From Callorhinchus milii (Eukaryota), in NCBI RefSeq assembly GCF_018977255.1, contig NW_024704743.1:34412001-34476000 (forward strand): a stretch of 64,000 nucleotides of DNA. Reading direction: 5' to 3'. Positions 1 through 12,192 of the stretch are shown here, piece after piece. Each line of letters starts with the position of its first letter. Position 1 is the first letter of the stretch. The position numbers were made by a program, and so were the translations under genes. Under the pieces are notes generated by a model, which ran no database searches, had not been told where the DNA came from, and was given only the letters and a program-made list of their open reading frames with translations.

Positions 1-445
1 TCATCCTTACAGCTTACTCTCCCACCTATCTTCGTATTGTCTACGAATTTAGATATGTTAAGTTCTATTTCCTCATCTAAGTCATTTATAGAGACTGTAA
101 GTAATTGAGGCCCAAACACTGATCCTTGTGGCACTCCGCTAGTCACATCCTGCCAATCTGAGAAGGAGCTGTTTATCCCTATTCTCTGTTTTCTTCCTGT
201 TAGCCACTCTCCAATCCATGCTAATATATTACCTTTAACTCCATGGGCATTAATCTTGTGCAACGGCCTTTTATGTGGCACCTTGTCGAATGCCTTCCGG
301 AAATCCAAATACACCACATCGACTGGTTCCCCCCTATCTAACCTGCTAGTTACATGATCAAGAAACTCTAAAAGATTTGTTAAACATGATTTCCCTTTTG
401 TAAAGTCATGTTGACTCTGCTAATCATGTTATGATTTTCTAAGTG
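1..445 (-). mobile_element. CR1 LINE reverse-transcriptase fragment
   Basis: Reverse complement encodes CR1 RT motifs ([21 protein letters not shown]-like). Confidence 0.8.
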
Positions 446-649
446 TTCAGCTGTCAATGTTGGTAACTTCTCTGATGATGGGAGACTAAGTCATCTCAAA
501 GTGCTTCACAGGATATTCTGTAAAGTGATGTGACTGTATGTATTTTAGGGGCAAATGTGTTAAACAATTTGGCACAGCAATGATCCACAAATAGCCATGG
601 AGTGAGTGATCAATTTTATTTGGGGGATTGATGGCCTGGACTTTTTGAA

Positions 650-1160
650 CAACAACAACTTGCATTTATATAGTGCCCTTCACACGGGGTAGCAGCCAGG
701 GGCATTTCACATTGGTGGAGTCTGACAACGAACCAGGGGGAGAGGGAGGGGGAGGTGACCATAAGCACGATCAAAAAGGAAGGTCCGCAGGTGGGATTTG
801 TAGGTGGGGAGGGAGGGGGCAAGGCGGAGGGATTGAGGGAGAGAGTTCCAGAGTTTCGGGCATAGTGGCTGAAAGCGCAGCCACCAATGATGGAACGGAG
901 GGCACAAAGGACAATTAGAAGGCCAGAGCCAACTGAGCGGAATCAGTGGGTGGTGGTGTGGGGTAAGCAGGTCGGATAGGTAGGGAGATATGAGGGCATT
1001 AAGTGACTTGAAAACGAGTGAGAGGATCTTGAAATCGATCCATTCAGTAATTGGAAACTGGTGTGATCAGGGTGGTGTGGGTGAGTATCTGGGCAGCTGA
1101 ATTAATTGAATTTTGTATATGGTGGAGCTGGGGAAACCAGCGAGGAGGGCATTGGAATCG
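650..1160 (-). mobile_element. L2 LINE 3' fragment
   Basis: (GTT)n tail and LWNSLPQSLRLAPSLPTYKSHLRTFLFD C-terminus. Confidence 0.8.
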
Positions 1161-1162
1161 TC

Positions 1163-1463
1163 TTTGGCAAGTTTCCTTACTCCACACGCCTCTGTTTACC
1201 GAGCAGTAAGTAGAAACCCGGTTGTTAGTCGATTGCCAAATCGCTTTTCCGAGGGTAATAATCCCTTCAAATAATTAATATATAAATAATAATTCGGTGA
1301 CTCAATCTACGACTGTTTTGGGACACTGTGACCGACAAAATATACAGTCATATTACAGATTACAGATAAATCAAATTTACAGCTTATTCTATGAAGTTCT
1401 TTGAGGTGTTTCAATGAAATGATACGTTGCTATATCAAATGCAAGGATTATTATTATTATTAA
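1163..1463 (+). mobile_element. 5'-truncated tRNA-derived SINE, long form
   Basis: ggcaagtttccttactccacac...ctatatcaaatgcaagg(att)n, shared with other copies. Confidence 0.8.
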
Positions 1464-1703
1464 TTACAGCAAGAGAAGGTTCAATGAATGAGGATACAGG
1501 GAGGAGTATGAGAGTGTGAGATACATTTAGGTTTTGGAATGTGCTGTAAAGTTAATACACTGGATATTTGGAGAATGTACAGCAGCAAACATCCATAGAT
1601 GAATGACTAAATGACGAGGAGATTATGTATTTATTCAGAGCTGCAATACGTCACTTTTTGTGTGTCAGAGTTCACTGGAGTTTCATTATTTCAGCTCTCC
1701 AAG

Positions 1704-1960
1704 ACAACAACAACAACAACTTTGATGTATATAGTGCTCTCCACGCCAGATGGCATCTCAGAGTGTTTTATAGTAACGGATCCCGGGGCTGAGCCAGGGG
1801 GAGGGGGGGAAGATGACCAAAGGCGCGGTCGAAGAGAAAGGTCTTCAGCCGAGACCTGAAAATAGGAAGAGAGGGAGCGAGGTGAAGGGAGTGAGGATGG
1901 TAGTTCCAGAGCCTCGGGGTATAGTGGCTGAAGGCACGGCCGCCGAGGTTGGGGCGGAGG
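1704..1960 (-). mobile_element. L2 LINE 3' fragment
   Basis: [24 protein letters not shown] plus (GTT)n tail; same family as the 15.1 kb copy. Confidence 0.85.
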
Positions 1961-2496
1961 ACGTAGACTTTCACGTAGACAGTGTCCTACGTGAAAGGCG
2001 CTATATAAATGCATCATGTTCTATTTAGGAAATGTCTAAATCACAAGCAGCTTGCATCAGGATTACGCTGTCAGCAACAGCTCATAGTGATCTGTTGAAA
2101 TCTGGAGTGTTAGAATGCTACTCTGGCCTGGGCTTCAATTTCAATGAGTGTGATGAGTGTACAAATGAATTGTAGTAGAACTAAGCATGCTGTGCTATAA
2201 TCATGTCCTGTGCTTTCTGCATGAAAAGAAAAAAAAACTGTTTTAGTTACTTCATTTTCGAAAGAGGAAGCATTCCCCAACAATAGAGGCTGTGAGGCTG
2301 CAGCAATATTGAAGCCTTATAGTCGTCACAGTCTGGAATATTTTCTAGCAGTGCTGAATGATGCAAATATGAATGCTTCTGATTTCAGGGTTGTCTGTAT
2401 TGCTCAAATAAGCTAAGAGCTTCCATGATATTTTTTCACAAAGTAATTCTTATGCTGATCGTTCTCAAGCTCAGCTGGTTGCTAACAAAATAACTT

Positions 2497-2802
2497 ATAA
2501 TAATAATAATAATCCTTGCATTTGATATAGCGCTTTTCACGTCGGGAGGACGTCCCAAAGCGCTTCACAGAACACACTGTAAAGTGAATTGACTGTATAT
2601 TTGTGGGCGAATGCGGCAGCCAATTGCGCACAGCAATGTCCCACAAACAGTCGTAGATTGAAAATGACCAAATTATTATTGTTTTTGGTTTTGGAGGGAT
2701 TATTATTAGGCGTGTGGAGTAAGGAAACTTGCCCAAGGTTTCGCCCTGCCTGGCATTGAACTCAGGTCTCTCACTTGCAAAGCGAGTGCTCTAACCACTG
2801 AG
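2497..2802 (-). mobile_element. Near full-length tRNA-derived Deu-type SINE, short form
   Basis: tRNA-like head (A and B boxes), ctgtttgtgggacattgctgtgcgcaattggctgccgc core, L2-like tail, (ATT)n. Confidence 0.9.
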
Positions 2803-3366
2803 ATTTTGTGAAATATTACTCTTACAGACTTCAGAATAATTGAAGGGAACATATTCCCATTAACTAGCTAATAAAGGATACAGTTGACACTTTCTCCCGA
2901 ATATTTGAAATTTGATAGCTCTGGTGCATATGTGAAGTTCATGCTAACTTGAGAGTTTTCTTCAGTAGAGAAAAATCTTTTGACACTTGTTTTATTTGCC
3001 TATGCTGAAGTTCTGATGAACAAAAAGATGCCAGCTTGACTCAGTTGACAGCACTCTCACTGCTGGTTGTAAGTTGACAATCTTGGGTAACACTCTAATG
3101 CAGCACCGGGGGAATGTATCAGAGACATCGAAAGGATGGGATGTTAAACTGAGATCCGTCTATCTGTTCAAGTGGATGTTAAAGATCCCATGGTACTAAA
3201 TAATTTGTACATTATATGAGGTCCTTCTCTCAAGACTAAAGAATCATAGCTTGTCTAGTCATTGCTCGTAGCTCATTCCTCTAACACTGGAGATCATCCT
3301 CATTGCTCTCCTCTGCACTGGTCTAGAGCCAGAGCAGCCTCTTGTCGGGGTGATCAGAACTATATG

Positions 3367-3660
3367 CAACAACAACAACAAGATTACATTTGTATAGCGC
3401 CTTTCACGTTGGGAGAGCATCCCAAGGTGCTGGACAGTGTACAGTATTTCAGACCCGAGCTTGGTACAGGAGGGGAGAAGGGAGGGGAGGGGAAGGGGGG
3501 TGGCCGATGGCATGGTCGAAGAGGAAGGTTTTGAGGCGAGACTTGAAGGAGGCTAAGGAGGGAGCGAGGTGGAGTGATTGGGGGATGGAATTCCAGAGGT
3601 TGGGGGCAGAGTGGCTGAAGGCTCTCCCCCCAATGGTGGGGCCGATGAGATGTGGAGCAG
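3367..3660 (-). mobile_element. L2 LINE 3' fragment
   Basis: Near-identical to the 3' end of the 52.7-54.9 kb L2. Confidence 0.85.
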
Positions 3661-5067
3661 GCCCAACTCGGCTGAGTATTCAAGGTGTGGTTTGAACCAG
3701 AGCAACATTTCAGCAGCAACATTTTTGCTGTTAATTTATTGGGATTTAAAATGCAGAATTAGATTTACAAATAATACAACCTGAGAATGATGTCTGGGAA
3801 TCTAAACTCAATTGATTTAGTAATATAGCAGCATCCTGTTTGCTTTGTTTATTGCTACCTCACACTGTTTTCATAGTAAGCAACGAATCAGCTGACATCC
3901 TTAGATCTCTTTCAGCTTTTACCCTGGCAATGTGCCTCTTTATCCAGAGGACAATCCACTGGAAAATCCTGGGAGGGATGTACATTATGGCACATATTCT
4001 CTGAAAATTATGTTCATAAACAATGGAGTTGAAGATGCAGCATTTGCTACACAGATTCATAAATAGCCGCTTTGTTCCTGGAAAATCATATCACAGATTC
4101 ATAGAAGGTACAGCTCAGAAATACGTTATTCATCCCATTGTGTTCAGCTCGCTCCAGCCCATATCCCGCCTTTTTCCTCATATCCCTCAACTTTATTCTC
4201 TTTTAACTATATGTTGAATGTGCACATTGTTGTCGCCCCACTAACTGTCTATGACAGAGAATTCCATGCTCCTACCATTCTCCGTGTGAAAGTATTTTTC
4301 TTTATTTCCATTCTGGATCTCCCAGTTCTGATTCTAAAACCATGTCCTCTTGTTCTGCAACAGAATTTCTGCAGATTGGCACAATGCACTTCGAGTTATT
4401 TGGTTATCTGTGATTCCATGTTGCTATTTGTAAGTCTAATTCTGCATTTTATACTCCGATAAATAAATAGCAAAAATGATGCTGCTCAAATGTATTAAAT
4501 CTTTCAAAGAACACTATTCCAGTTAAAATAGCTGTTTGAAAGTGTCATGGCTATACTTTTAGCGTACACACTCCTAATTTGCCTTGTATTATTGTGGACA
4601 TGCCTGGCTTTGCCAGCATGTTTCCACAGAGCCGATTTTGCACTAGAGGAGCTTGCTTTTTTTTATCTCTCTCCCTCTACTCCTAGATATTTTTACACTG
4701 AGATATTAGACTTGAAATGATCCTGCATTGAAGTGCTCTGGTAAGCTGGAATAATTGTGGAATAATTGGCAAAATCAATGTTCGGATAAAACAAATGATT
4801 CTTTGGCATCAATTGTCTTATGTTTTGTTGTTTTTCCTTTGCCACTACCGCCCTATTTCTAACCTGCCCTTCCTTGCAAAAGTCCTAGAACGTGTTGTTG
4901 CCAATCAACTTCACTGCTCCCTTTGTGTGTTATACATTGTGCTGCTCATGTTATATATGCTCTTTTGGTTGAATAGTTATACAGACATTTGAAAAGTCTT
5001 GTCTTTTTATACTGTGTTTTTGTTGAGATTTAATCAAGTATATTTATTGTTTTAAACTCCTCAACAG

Positions 5068-5204
5068 GTGAAAGTATCCCCATGATTAATTTTCCTTAAG
5101 CCTAATCCTGATTAGGATTAGCAGAAGTTCTCCGAGCACATCTCAGGGTTACAACATCAACTGTAGAAAGACCCAGAATTAAAATGGACAAGAAGAAGAA
5201 ACAG
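5068..5204 (+). other. RNF182: Candidate 5'-UTR exon of RNF182
   Basis: Pyrimidine tract plus caacag acceptor (5067) and CAG|gtattg donor (5205) in unique sequence. No transcript evidence. Confidence 0.35.
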
Positions 5205-6059
5205 GTATTGCTGTAATAATATTTAATATCAACAGAGAGCTTTGTTATATTCAGAGAATTAAAGTATGGCTCATCAGGCACCTGGTCAGAAGGCTGTGGA
5301 CTTCAATCCCCATGTCAGGATTTGAGCTCATAGTCTAGGCTGCCAATCCAGGGCAATCCTAATGGAGCGCTGCCCTGTTGAGATGTAAACTGAGGTCCCA
5401 TCAATCTGTTCTTCAGGTAGATACAGTACAACACAAATTTATATTTATATAGCTCTTTTCAGCTAAAGCACTTAAGAATCCTAGTTTGGTACCCAAGGTG
5501 AAGGTGGGAGCCGAGTGGAGTGGGGATGCGAAGGATAACTGAAAGTGCAATCAAAGAGGCAAATCTTCAGATGAAGCTTGAAAGAGATGAGGGAGTCAGA
5601 GTGATTTTGGAATGGAATTCAAGAGAGTGGGGGCAGATTGGCTGAAAGCTTGACCACTGATGGTGCAACATGTAGGGTGGGGGTCATGAAAAGGGCTATT
5701 GCCCACTGAATATTTGGTATGGTTTGAGGAGGTCATAGTGGTAAAGTGGGGTGAGACTGTGGGGGGATTTAACGTAAGATCCCATAACACTTTTAACAGA
5801 AAAGGGTATTCCAGCCTGCATTCACTATGGTCCCACCTTTTGTTACGCCATGCTGGTACTTCTCTGTCTTGCCGCCTCTCTATGTCTTCAAAAGCAACCT
5901 AAAAACCTGCAGGGTCATATGATGGCTTAGTATGGATTAAATTCAAACTTGAGATCCACAAGTGAAAGGACAGAGTCGAATGCACAGCTCTACCTGGTAT
6001 CCCACCAAATGGGTTTAAAGGTGAACTGTGAAATTTATCCTGTAACAGCTTGAAATGCA

Positions 6060-7020
6060 ATACAAATTTATATTTATATAGCGCCTTTCATGTCGGGAGG
6101 GTGTCCTAAGGTACTGGACAGTCTAAGTTTTGCATTCAAGCTGGGGGTGGGAGCTGAGTGGGTGGTGGCGAAGAGGGGAAATATGGCCGAAAGAGTGCTC
6201 AAAGAGTAAGGTCTGAAGATGGACCTTGAAAGAGGGAAGGGAAGGGCTGAGGTGATGGGACTCCAGGATGGAAGTCTGAAAGTTCAACCACAGATGGTGG
6301 GGCGAGGGACGTGAATTGGTTGGTGCCCACTGAGCAGAGGGAGAAACACGGTTTGTAGGGTTGGAGGAGGTCACAGAGATATGGTGCGGAAGACAATGAA
6401 GGGATTTAAAGGTTAGGGTGAGGATCTTGAACGTGATCTGCTGGGGAATGGGAAACCGGTTGAGCCGAGTGAGGATGGGGAAGATAAGTTTATGGAGCCT
6501 AGTGTGGGAGAGGACACAAGCTGCAGAGTTCTGGATGGTCTGCAACTTGTGGAGGAAAGAGGTAGGTAGTCCAGAGAGCAGATAGTTGGCTTAATCTAGG
6601 TTAGATGCCATGAACCCATGGATTAGGTGGCCTGTGGGGAGAAGTAGGCAGGCATATTGCAGAGGTAGGGAAATCTGAGTGGATCAGAGCACAAATGTGG
6701 ATTTTAAAGGACAATTAAGACTCAGAACAGCATACGGAGGTCCTGCACAGGCTCGCGAGATTGAGTCTTCATCCATATAGATTATTACTGTCAGCACCCG
6801 TGGTCAGAAAGCACTGAAGGGAGCCAATCAGGAAAGCCTCTGTATTACTGATGTTCAACTGAAGAAAGTTAGCTCTCATTCTGGAATTGAGGTCCAACAG
6901 GTAGTCAATCAGGACAGCAGTGGTCCTGAAATCGAGGTGGGCGCAGAGAGATTGAGTGTCATCAGTATACATGTGAAAGTTAGCCTCATGCCTGCAGATT
7001 GTATCATCGAGTGGGAGCAT
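6060..7020 (-). mobile_element. Degenerate L2 LINE (RT C-terminal half plus tail)
   Basis: FHMYTDDTQ, FLQLN..TEA, IQNSAACVL motifs. Confidence 0.85.
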
Positions 7021-7568
7021 GAAATGTCAGCAACCCTAAACTCTGAGGGTTTATTACAGGGCATAGGGATACAGCAACATTGTACAATATGTTACGTCTT
7101 GAAGAGTAAATCCATTCTGTAAGTCAAATGGGTGAATATATTGTACCAGACAAATAACAGTGAAACAAGTCACGTCAGTTTCAAGCTACTGTGCCTGAAA
7201 ATGCATATACAAAGTGTTAGTTGCCCATTGAATACAATCACACTGAGCGTCCAAACATGCAGTCGAGAAAAATCTAGGCACTGAATAAAAAACAAAAGCT
7301 TTGCTTTTCTGAACAGGGTTTAAAGCTTTGATGCAACCCACATTGTGTGACTTGTGTCTCTCTCCACAGAAAGAATGACAACTCACTTTCGGTACTGCTA
7401 TTGTGTGAATCGATCTGCCTGCTCACACAGGTACAGTAGGAGAATGTACGTCTGCAATGTTCCTTCCTGACTGGATAAAGTCCTTCGTGTGACAGGCAAG
7501 GAGAAGTCCCAGAAAGTCTTTTGAAACATCACAGTGAAAGCAAGTTGCTGAAATTAAGTGGAGTCACA

Positions 7569-8309
7569 ATGGATTGCCAGACAACAGAGGATTCCACGGA
7601 AAAACAGATAGTTAATTCAGATGAGCTGGAATGCAAGATCTGCTACAGCCCTTACAATCTGAGAAACAGAAGACCGAAAGTTTTGGAATGCCTTCACAGA
7701 GTGTGTGGCAAGTGTCTGTATAAGATTGTGGACCTCGGAGACTCCTCGTCAAGTATCATTTGCTGTCCTTTCTGCAGGTACGAGACAAGCATCCCAGACG
7801 ATGAAGTTAGTGGACTTCCAGATGACAGTAACATCCTTGCTGCTCTAACTTGCAAGGAAAAGAGTAGAGAATTCCCATTGGACAACACATCTGAGCTTCT
7901 TCTGACTCCTAAAAGACTGGCCTCCTTTGTGAGTCCTTCTCATAACTCCTCAAACTGTCTCGTTATCACCATAATGGAAGTTCAAAGAGATTCTCCACAG
8001 TCTCAGAGCTCATCTTCAGTCGTGGAATTTTACAACTCGAGTTTTGATTCTATGCCCTCAATGTCTCGAGAGTGGGCAGTGTGGAATTGCACTTCCCTGC
8101 TCTGCCATACAATGAGCAGAATCTTGGTCTGGCTACTAGGACTCCTGTATTTCAGCTCCTTGCCTCTTGGAGTTTATCTGCTTATGGTTCAAAAGGTCAC
8201 ACTGGGCATCATATTTGTCAGTCTGGTTCCTTCCAGTCTTGTTATATTTATGGTCTATGGTTTTTGTCAATGTTTATGTCATGAGTTTTTGAATTGTATG
8301 AATTCATGA
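7569..8309 (+). CDS. RNF182: E3 ubiquitin ligase RNF182, 246 aa, single coding exon (N-terminal C3HC4 RING, two C-terminal TM helices)
   Basis: ORF 7521-8309 with first ATG at 7569. [78 protein letters not shown] matches recalled vertebrate RNF182 over its full length. Likely acceptor ctctctccacag at 7368. Confidence 0.96.
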   Translation: MDCQTTEDSTEKQIVNSDELECKICYSPYNLRNRRPKVLECLHRVCGKCLYKIVDLGDSSSSIICCPFCRYETSIPDDEVSGLPDDSNILAALTCKEKSREFPLDNTSELLLTPKRLASFVSPSHNSSNCLVITIMEVQRDSPQSQSSSSVVEFYNSSFDSMPSMSREWAVWNCTSLLCHTMSRILVWLLGLLYFSSLPLGVYLLMVQKVTLGIIFVSLVPSSLVIFMVYGFCQCLCHEFLNCMNS

Positions 8310-11300
8310 AAACACAATCTAAAATTAAGTACATTCAATAACAGATGTGTGCAGGTTTTATGTGATGTTACCTACTGTATAAGGTGTGAAATACTGTTTC
8401 TGCGTATGTCTGGAAAAATATGCTTAGTTTTTTTTAGTATAGTTGTGTACTGTGGAGTGCAATATATATTTTTTTATCGAAAGTTAATTTCTGTCATTTT
8501 TTATTTGTAAAATGGATAAATCCACCACTTAAAAGGCACTGGGGAAGATAAATCTCACAGATTGCCAATACATTTTTAAAGGCTTGAAAGGAAATGTTAT
8601 TAAGATAACCAGAATTTACTAACTTATTAATAGGTAAACATCATTTCAAAAGGTTACTTCAGGGTCCTTTTAAAGTTTGTGGCATCCCTGATCCAACCGT
8701 TACTATATATTATAGAAATCTTGATCATTAGATTAACATGTAGCACACAATGCTTTGGTGAATGTGTTGCGCATTTACCAAGATATAGCTATATAAAGGT
8801 AGAGCACGGGATATAGTTCTGTGAATCCACCAATCTGATACCAGTAGATTTGCTTTGTATAGTTGTGGGTGCAAGCAGTCATTAATAGTATTAGGGCTGC
8901 ATAAGGATCTGATGAAAATGTAAGAGGTAACATCCTCTGGACTTAGAACCTTTGTGAAGGTGGTAAAGATGTGAGAGTAGCAATACAGATCCACAATTAG
9001 TTCTGGCCAAGCCCTTATATCTGAAAAAAGATTGTGGACGACTATTAGAATCAAGGACAAAAAATATTAGCCTTCCTATCCAACAGTTAACAGTCGTGGC
9101 TGTAAAGGGTGTTTATTTTTAGGATTCTTAGACTTGTGTGTGGGTAGAACACTTGTCAGTACAATAATGATTGGACTGTAACTATGATTGTTGTTAGCAC
9201 AGTACATACAGTTGGACAGAATATTCAAAATGGAAAGGTAGGTATTAGACCATAAATGATTTAATTACCATGTGGTGTGATTTGGGGTAATTAGTTTATA
9301 ATTTGAAGTGTTTCAAATTTTTCCTGCACAATAACACTGAATTGCCATCCAAAAAAAACAGAGTGTGATGTGAGTGAGCTGTGCAGTGCACCTCCAGGCC
9401 CTTTACATTTGTGCATCTTTGTGGAGGAAACTGGGTGGCTGTATCTTTGAGGGACGTTGGGCAGATGTGTTCATGGAAATTGAATGGATACATTTTGAGG
9501 GAGATAGGATGAATGAGTCTGAGAGAGAGAGAGAGAAAGATTGGATAGAGATATTTTGAGCTGGTGACATATTGAGGGAGATTAATGTTTGTCAAAACAT
9601 TGGACTTTGAAGGTTACTGGATGAATATATCCTAGAAAGAAGTTGAGCAGCAGTGAAGTGGAAATTGGGATTTATGTATTTTGAGGGAACTAAGATGGGT
9701 TTTAGGGAGTTCAGTAGCTGGACATTTGATGGTGGCTGAGTCTGAAGATAAAATGGTTCCATTTTGATACAGATAGGAATAGATCGATAGTCACACGGAC
9801 ATAGAGAGAGAGAGGTAGAAGGCACTACACACACAAATTCATAGATTAACAATTCAGTCTTATGGACCGAAGTTTAATCAACAGAAGTTGAGATTTATTC
9901 CCAACTCTCCATTCTTCAGCTTTATAAAACATGGCAAAAGAACTGTATTACATAAATTGCTCCGAGTCTTATTTGTATGTGGTGGTGTGAGCCTTAGGGA
10001 CATGTACAGGTTAATATGTCAGTTAAGACCATTAGTTCTTTCAGAAGCAATGTACCTAACTATAATAAAGGAACAATATTTGTAGCTATACCCTTGATAC
10101 CATTCATAACATAGTTTTGCTAGTTGTAACTAGGTTAACAGACCAAGTGCAAGCCAATGTTTGATTTGAGATTTTTCTTTTTAAATGGATTTATCTGAGA
10201 GACTATCCAGATCATTGCCTTATGCGTTTTAACATATCATGTACTCTTATTTCAAATTAAAGACAGTCTGAGAAAATATTTTTTCTTACATTGTATTGGA
10301 CAAAAATAATATTTCTTGCACTGAATTTATCACTCAAATCCTGGTGTGCTAAGTGTGTAGATATTTAACTACCTTGTGAAGGAAAAAGTTACTTCAGATA
10401 TTGTATGTTCACACTAATCTGTGGTATGATATCATAGAATCTTACAGCACAGAAGGAAGCCATTCAGCCTATTGGATATGTGATTGAAATTGTATTTAAT
10501 GGAGCAGCCAGTGTATAAGAGTCAATATAAACAATACTTGTTCACTCTGTGTTTATTCCTTATGCAATTTAAGGATTGTGGTCAGCTAGGTTTCAGAATC
10601 AGAATTTGTGATCTTGACAAAGAAAGGGGTTGGTTCTGATCAATGGCATAGCAATCTAGTGAACAAATAGGGAATTGGAGTCTGGGACATTATGTGGTGC
10701 ACTTTTATATTTGTTACTGGTCTGTCTTTGCACCCTTGCTGTTTTCAATTACAGTAATCTGTCTCCAGTGTGCTTACTCTAAAGAACCTTTTTGGTGTGA
10801 ATAGGGCTGAGTTATCACTCAATTGTTGTGGTAACATTGAAACTCTACAAACAGTCTCAGTGGTTTGAGCAGAATCTAAGAAGATATTGGAATTAATCTG
10901 CCCAGATCTCAAAAGAGATCTTATTCAGAAATTGTTGTCTAGTTTCACTACATGTATAAGGAATAATCCAACTCCCTGTACCACACAGCATAAGAATGCA
11001 GGTTCATGGGCGGTCACCTCTCTCTTTCTCTCTCTCCCAGCATGTGAAGCTCCAGATTGTTGCACTGCCCCAACAATAGGCCAGCAGAGGAGGCTCAGCA
11101 TCTCCACCCGGGAAAGAGAGCCTCCTCCCTCTGCTTTCATACACTTCCTAGGCCAAAAGTGGCTCAAACAAAGGTTTTGGCTCAACAAAACCCTGAGAAC
11201 AGTTTGTCTTCTAGACCTGTTGGTCATTGAATGGCACATGGGCTAGAAAATAATAATGTATATAAAGAATGAAGGTAACAGATACAAAAATAAAAAACTA

Positions 11301-11585
11301 CCAAAATATGCAAAATTCATAGGCCTAGTATTTGTGCTGCTGATACCCAACCTGTCATTCAAAGGAATAGAAAGTATCTCAAGTTTGTTGTCATAAACAA
11401 TACACCAACTAATCACGGTGCTGATATTCTTGTCTGTTAAATCTATGTGAATCAGGCTCAGGCTGAGTGTACAGTAACAAGTGGAATAAACATTAACCAA
11501 TGAGTTTAAAGTATATGTGAACTGCTTAATCTCTGTTCAAAGAGATGTCTCAGTGCCAGAACAGAATTTCACACTAAGATGTTTA

Positions 11586-11591
11586 AATAAA
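11586..11591 (+). terminator. Candidate polyadenylation signal for a long RNF182 3'UTR (another AATAAA near 11425)
   Basis: AATAAA at the end of a ~3.3 kb AT-rich, largely transposon-free region after the stop codon, followed by T/GT-rich sequence. Confidence 0.25.
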
Positions 11592-11937
11592 CATGACTGG
11601 CAACACTACAGTACCCACCCACACATTGATTTCTTGCATCAAATCAATTCAGTTTATGTACATTTGTGTTTTATTTATAGCTGTCATAGTTGTTCATGGC
11701 ATATAATCATGTTACGAAGCTTTTTTTAAATATATATAACAATGCTTTCAAAGGCACTTTCTTGAAATACAATATCATGTTTTGCACCAAATAATATAAT
11801 AGTGTCAAGAACTGCTCCACCTCCTGAGACAATGTGCTCCGAAACTTAGGTTCCACTCTGTACAAAATATATTAATATAGCAGAGCGGATATCTCTCATA
11901 TAGCAGAGAGAGGCTATGCCTTGTCACTCACTATAAA

Positions 11938-12192
11938 AATAATAATAACCCTTTCATTTGAAATAGCACCTTATCACGTCTTTGAGACGTCTCAAAGTGC
12001 TTCATAATATATACTGTAAAGTGAATTGACTGTATATTTTGAGGGCGAAATGAGGCAGCCAATTGTGCACAGCAGTGTTCCACAAAAAGTCGTGGATTGA
12101 AGTGACCAATTTATTATTATTATTATTTTTGAAGGAATTATTACTCCCAGAAAAGTGATCCGTCAATTGACCAACAACCAGGTTCCTACTTA
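11938..12192 (-). mobile_element. SINE 3' portion, long form
   Basis: Shared SINE core and tail. Confidence 0.75.
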
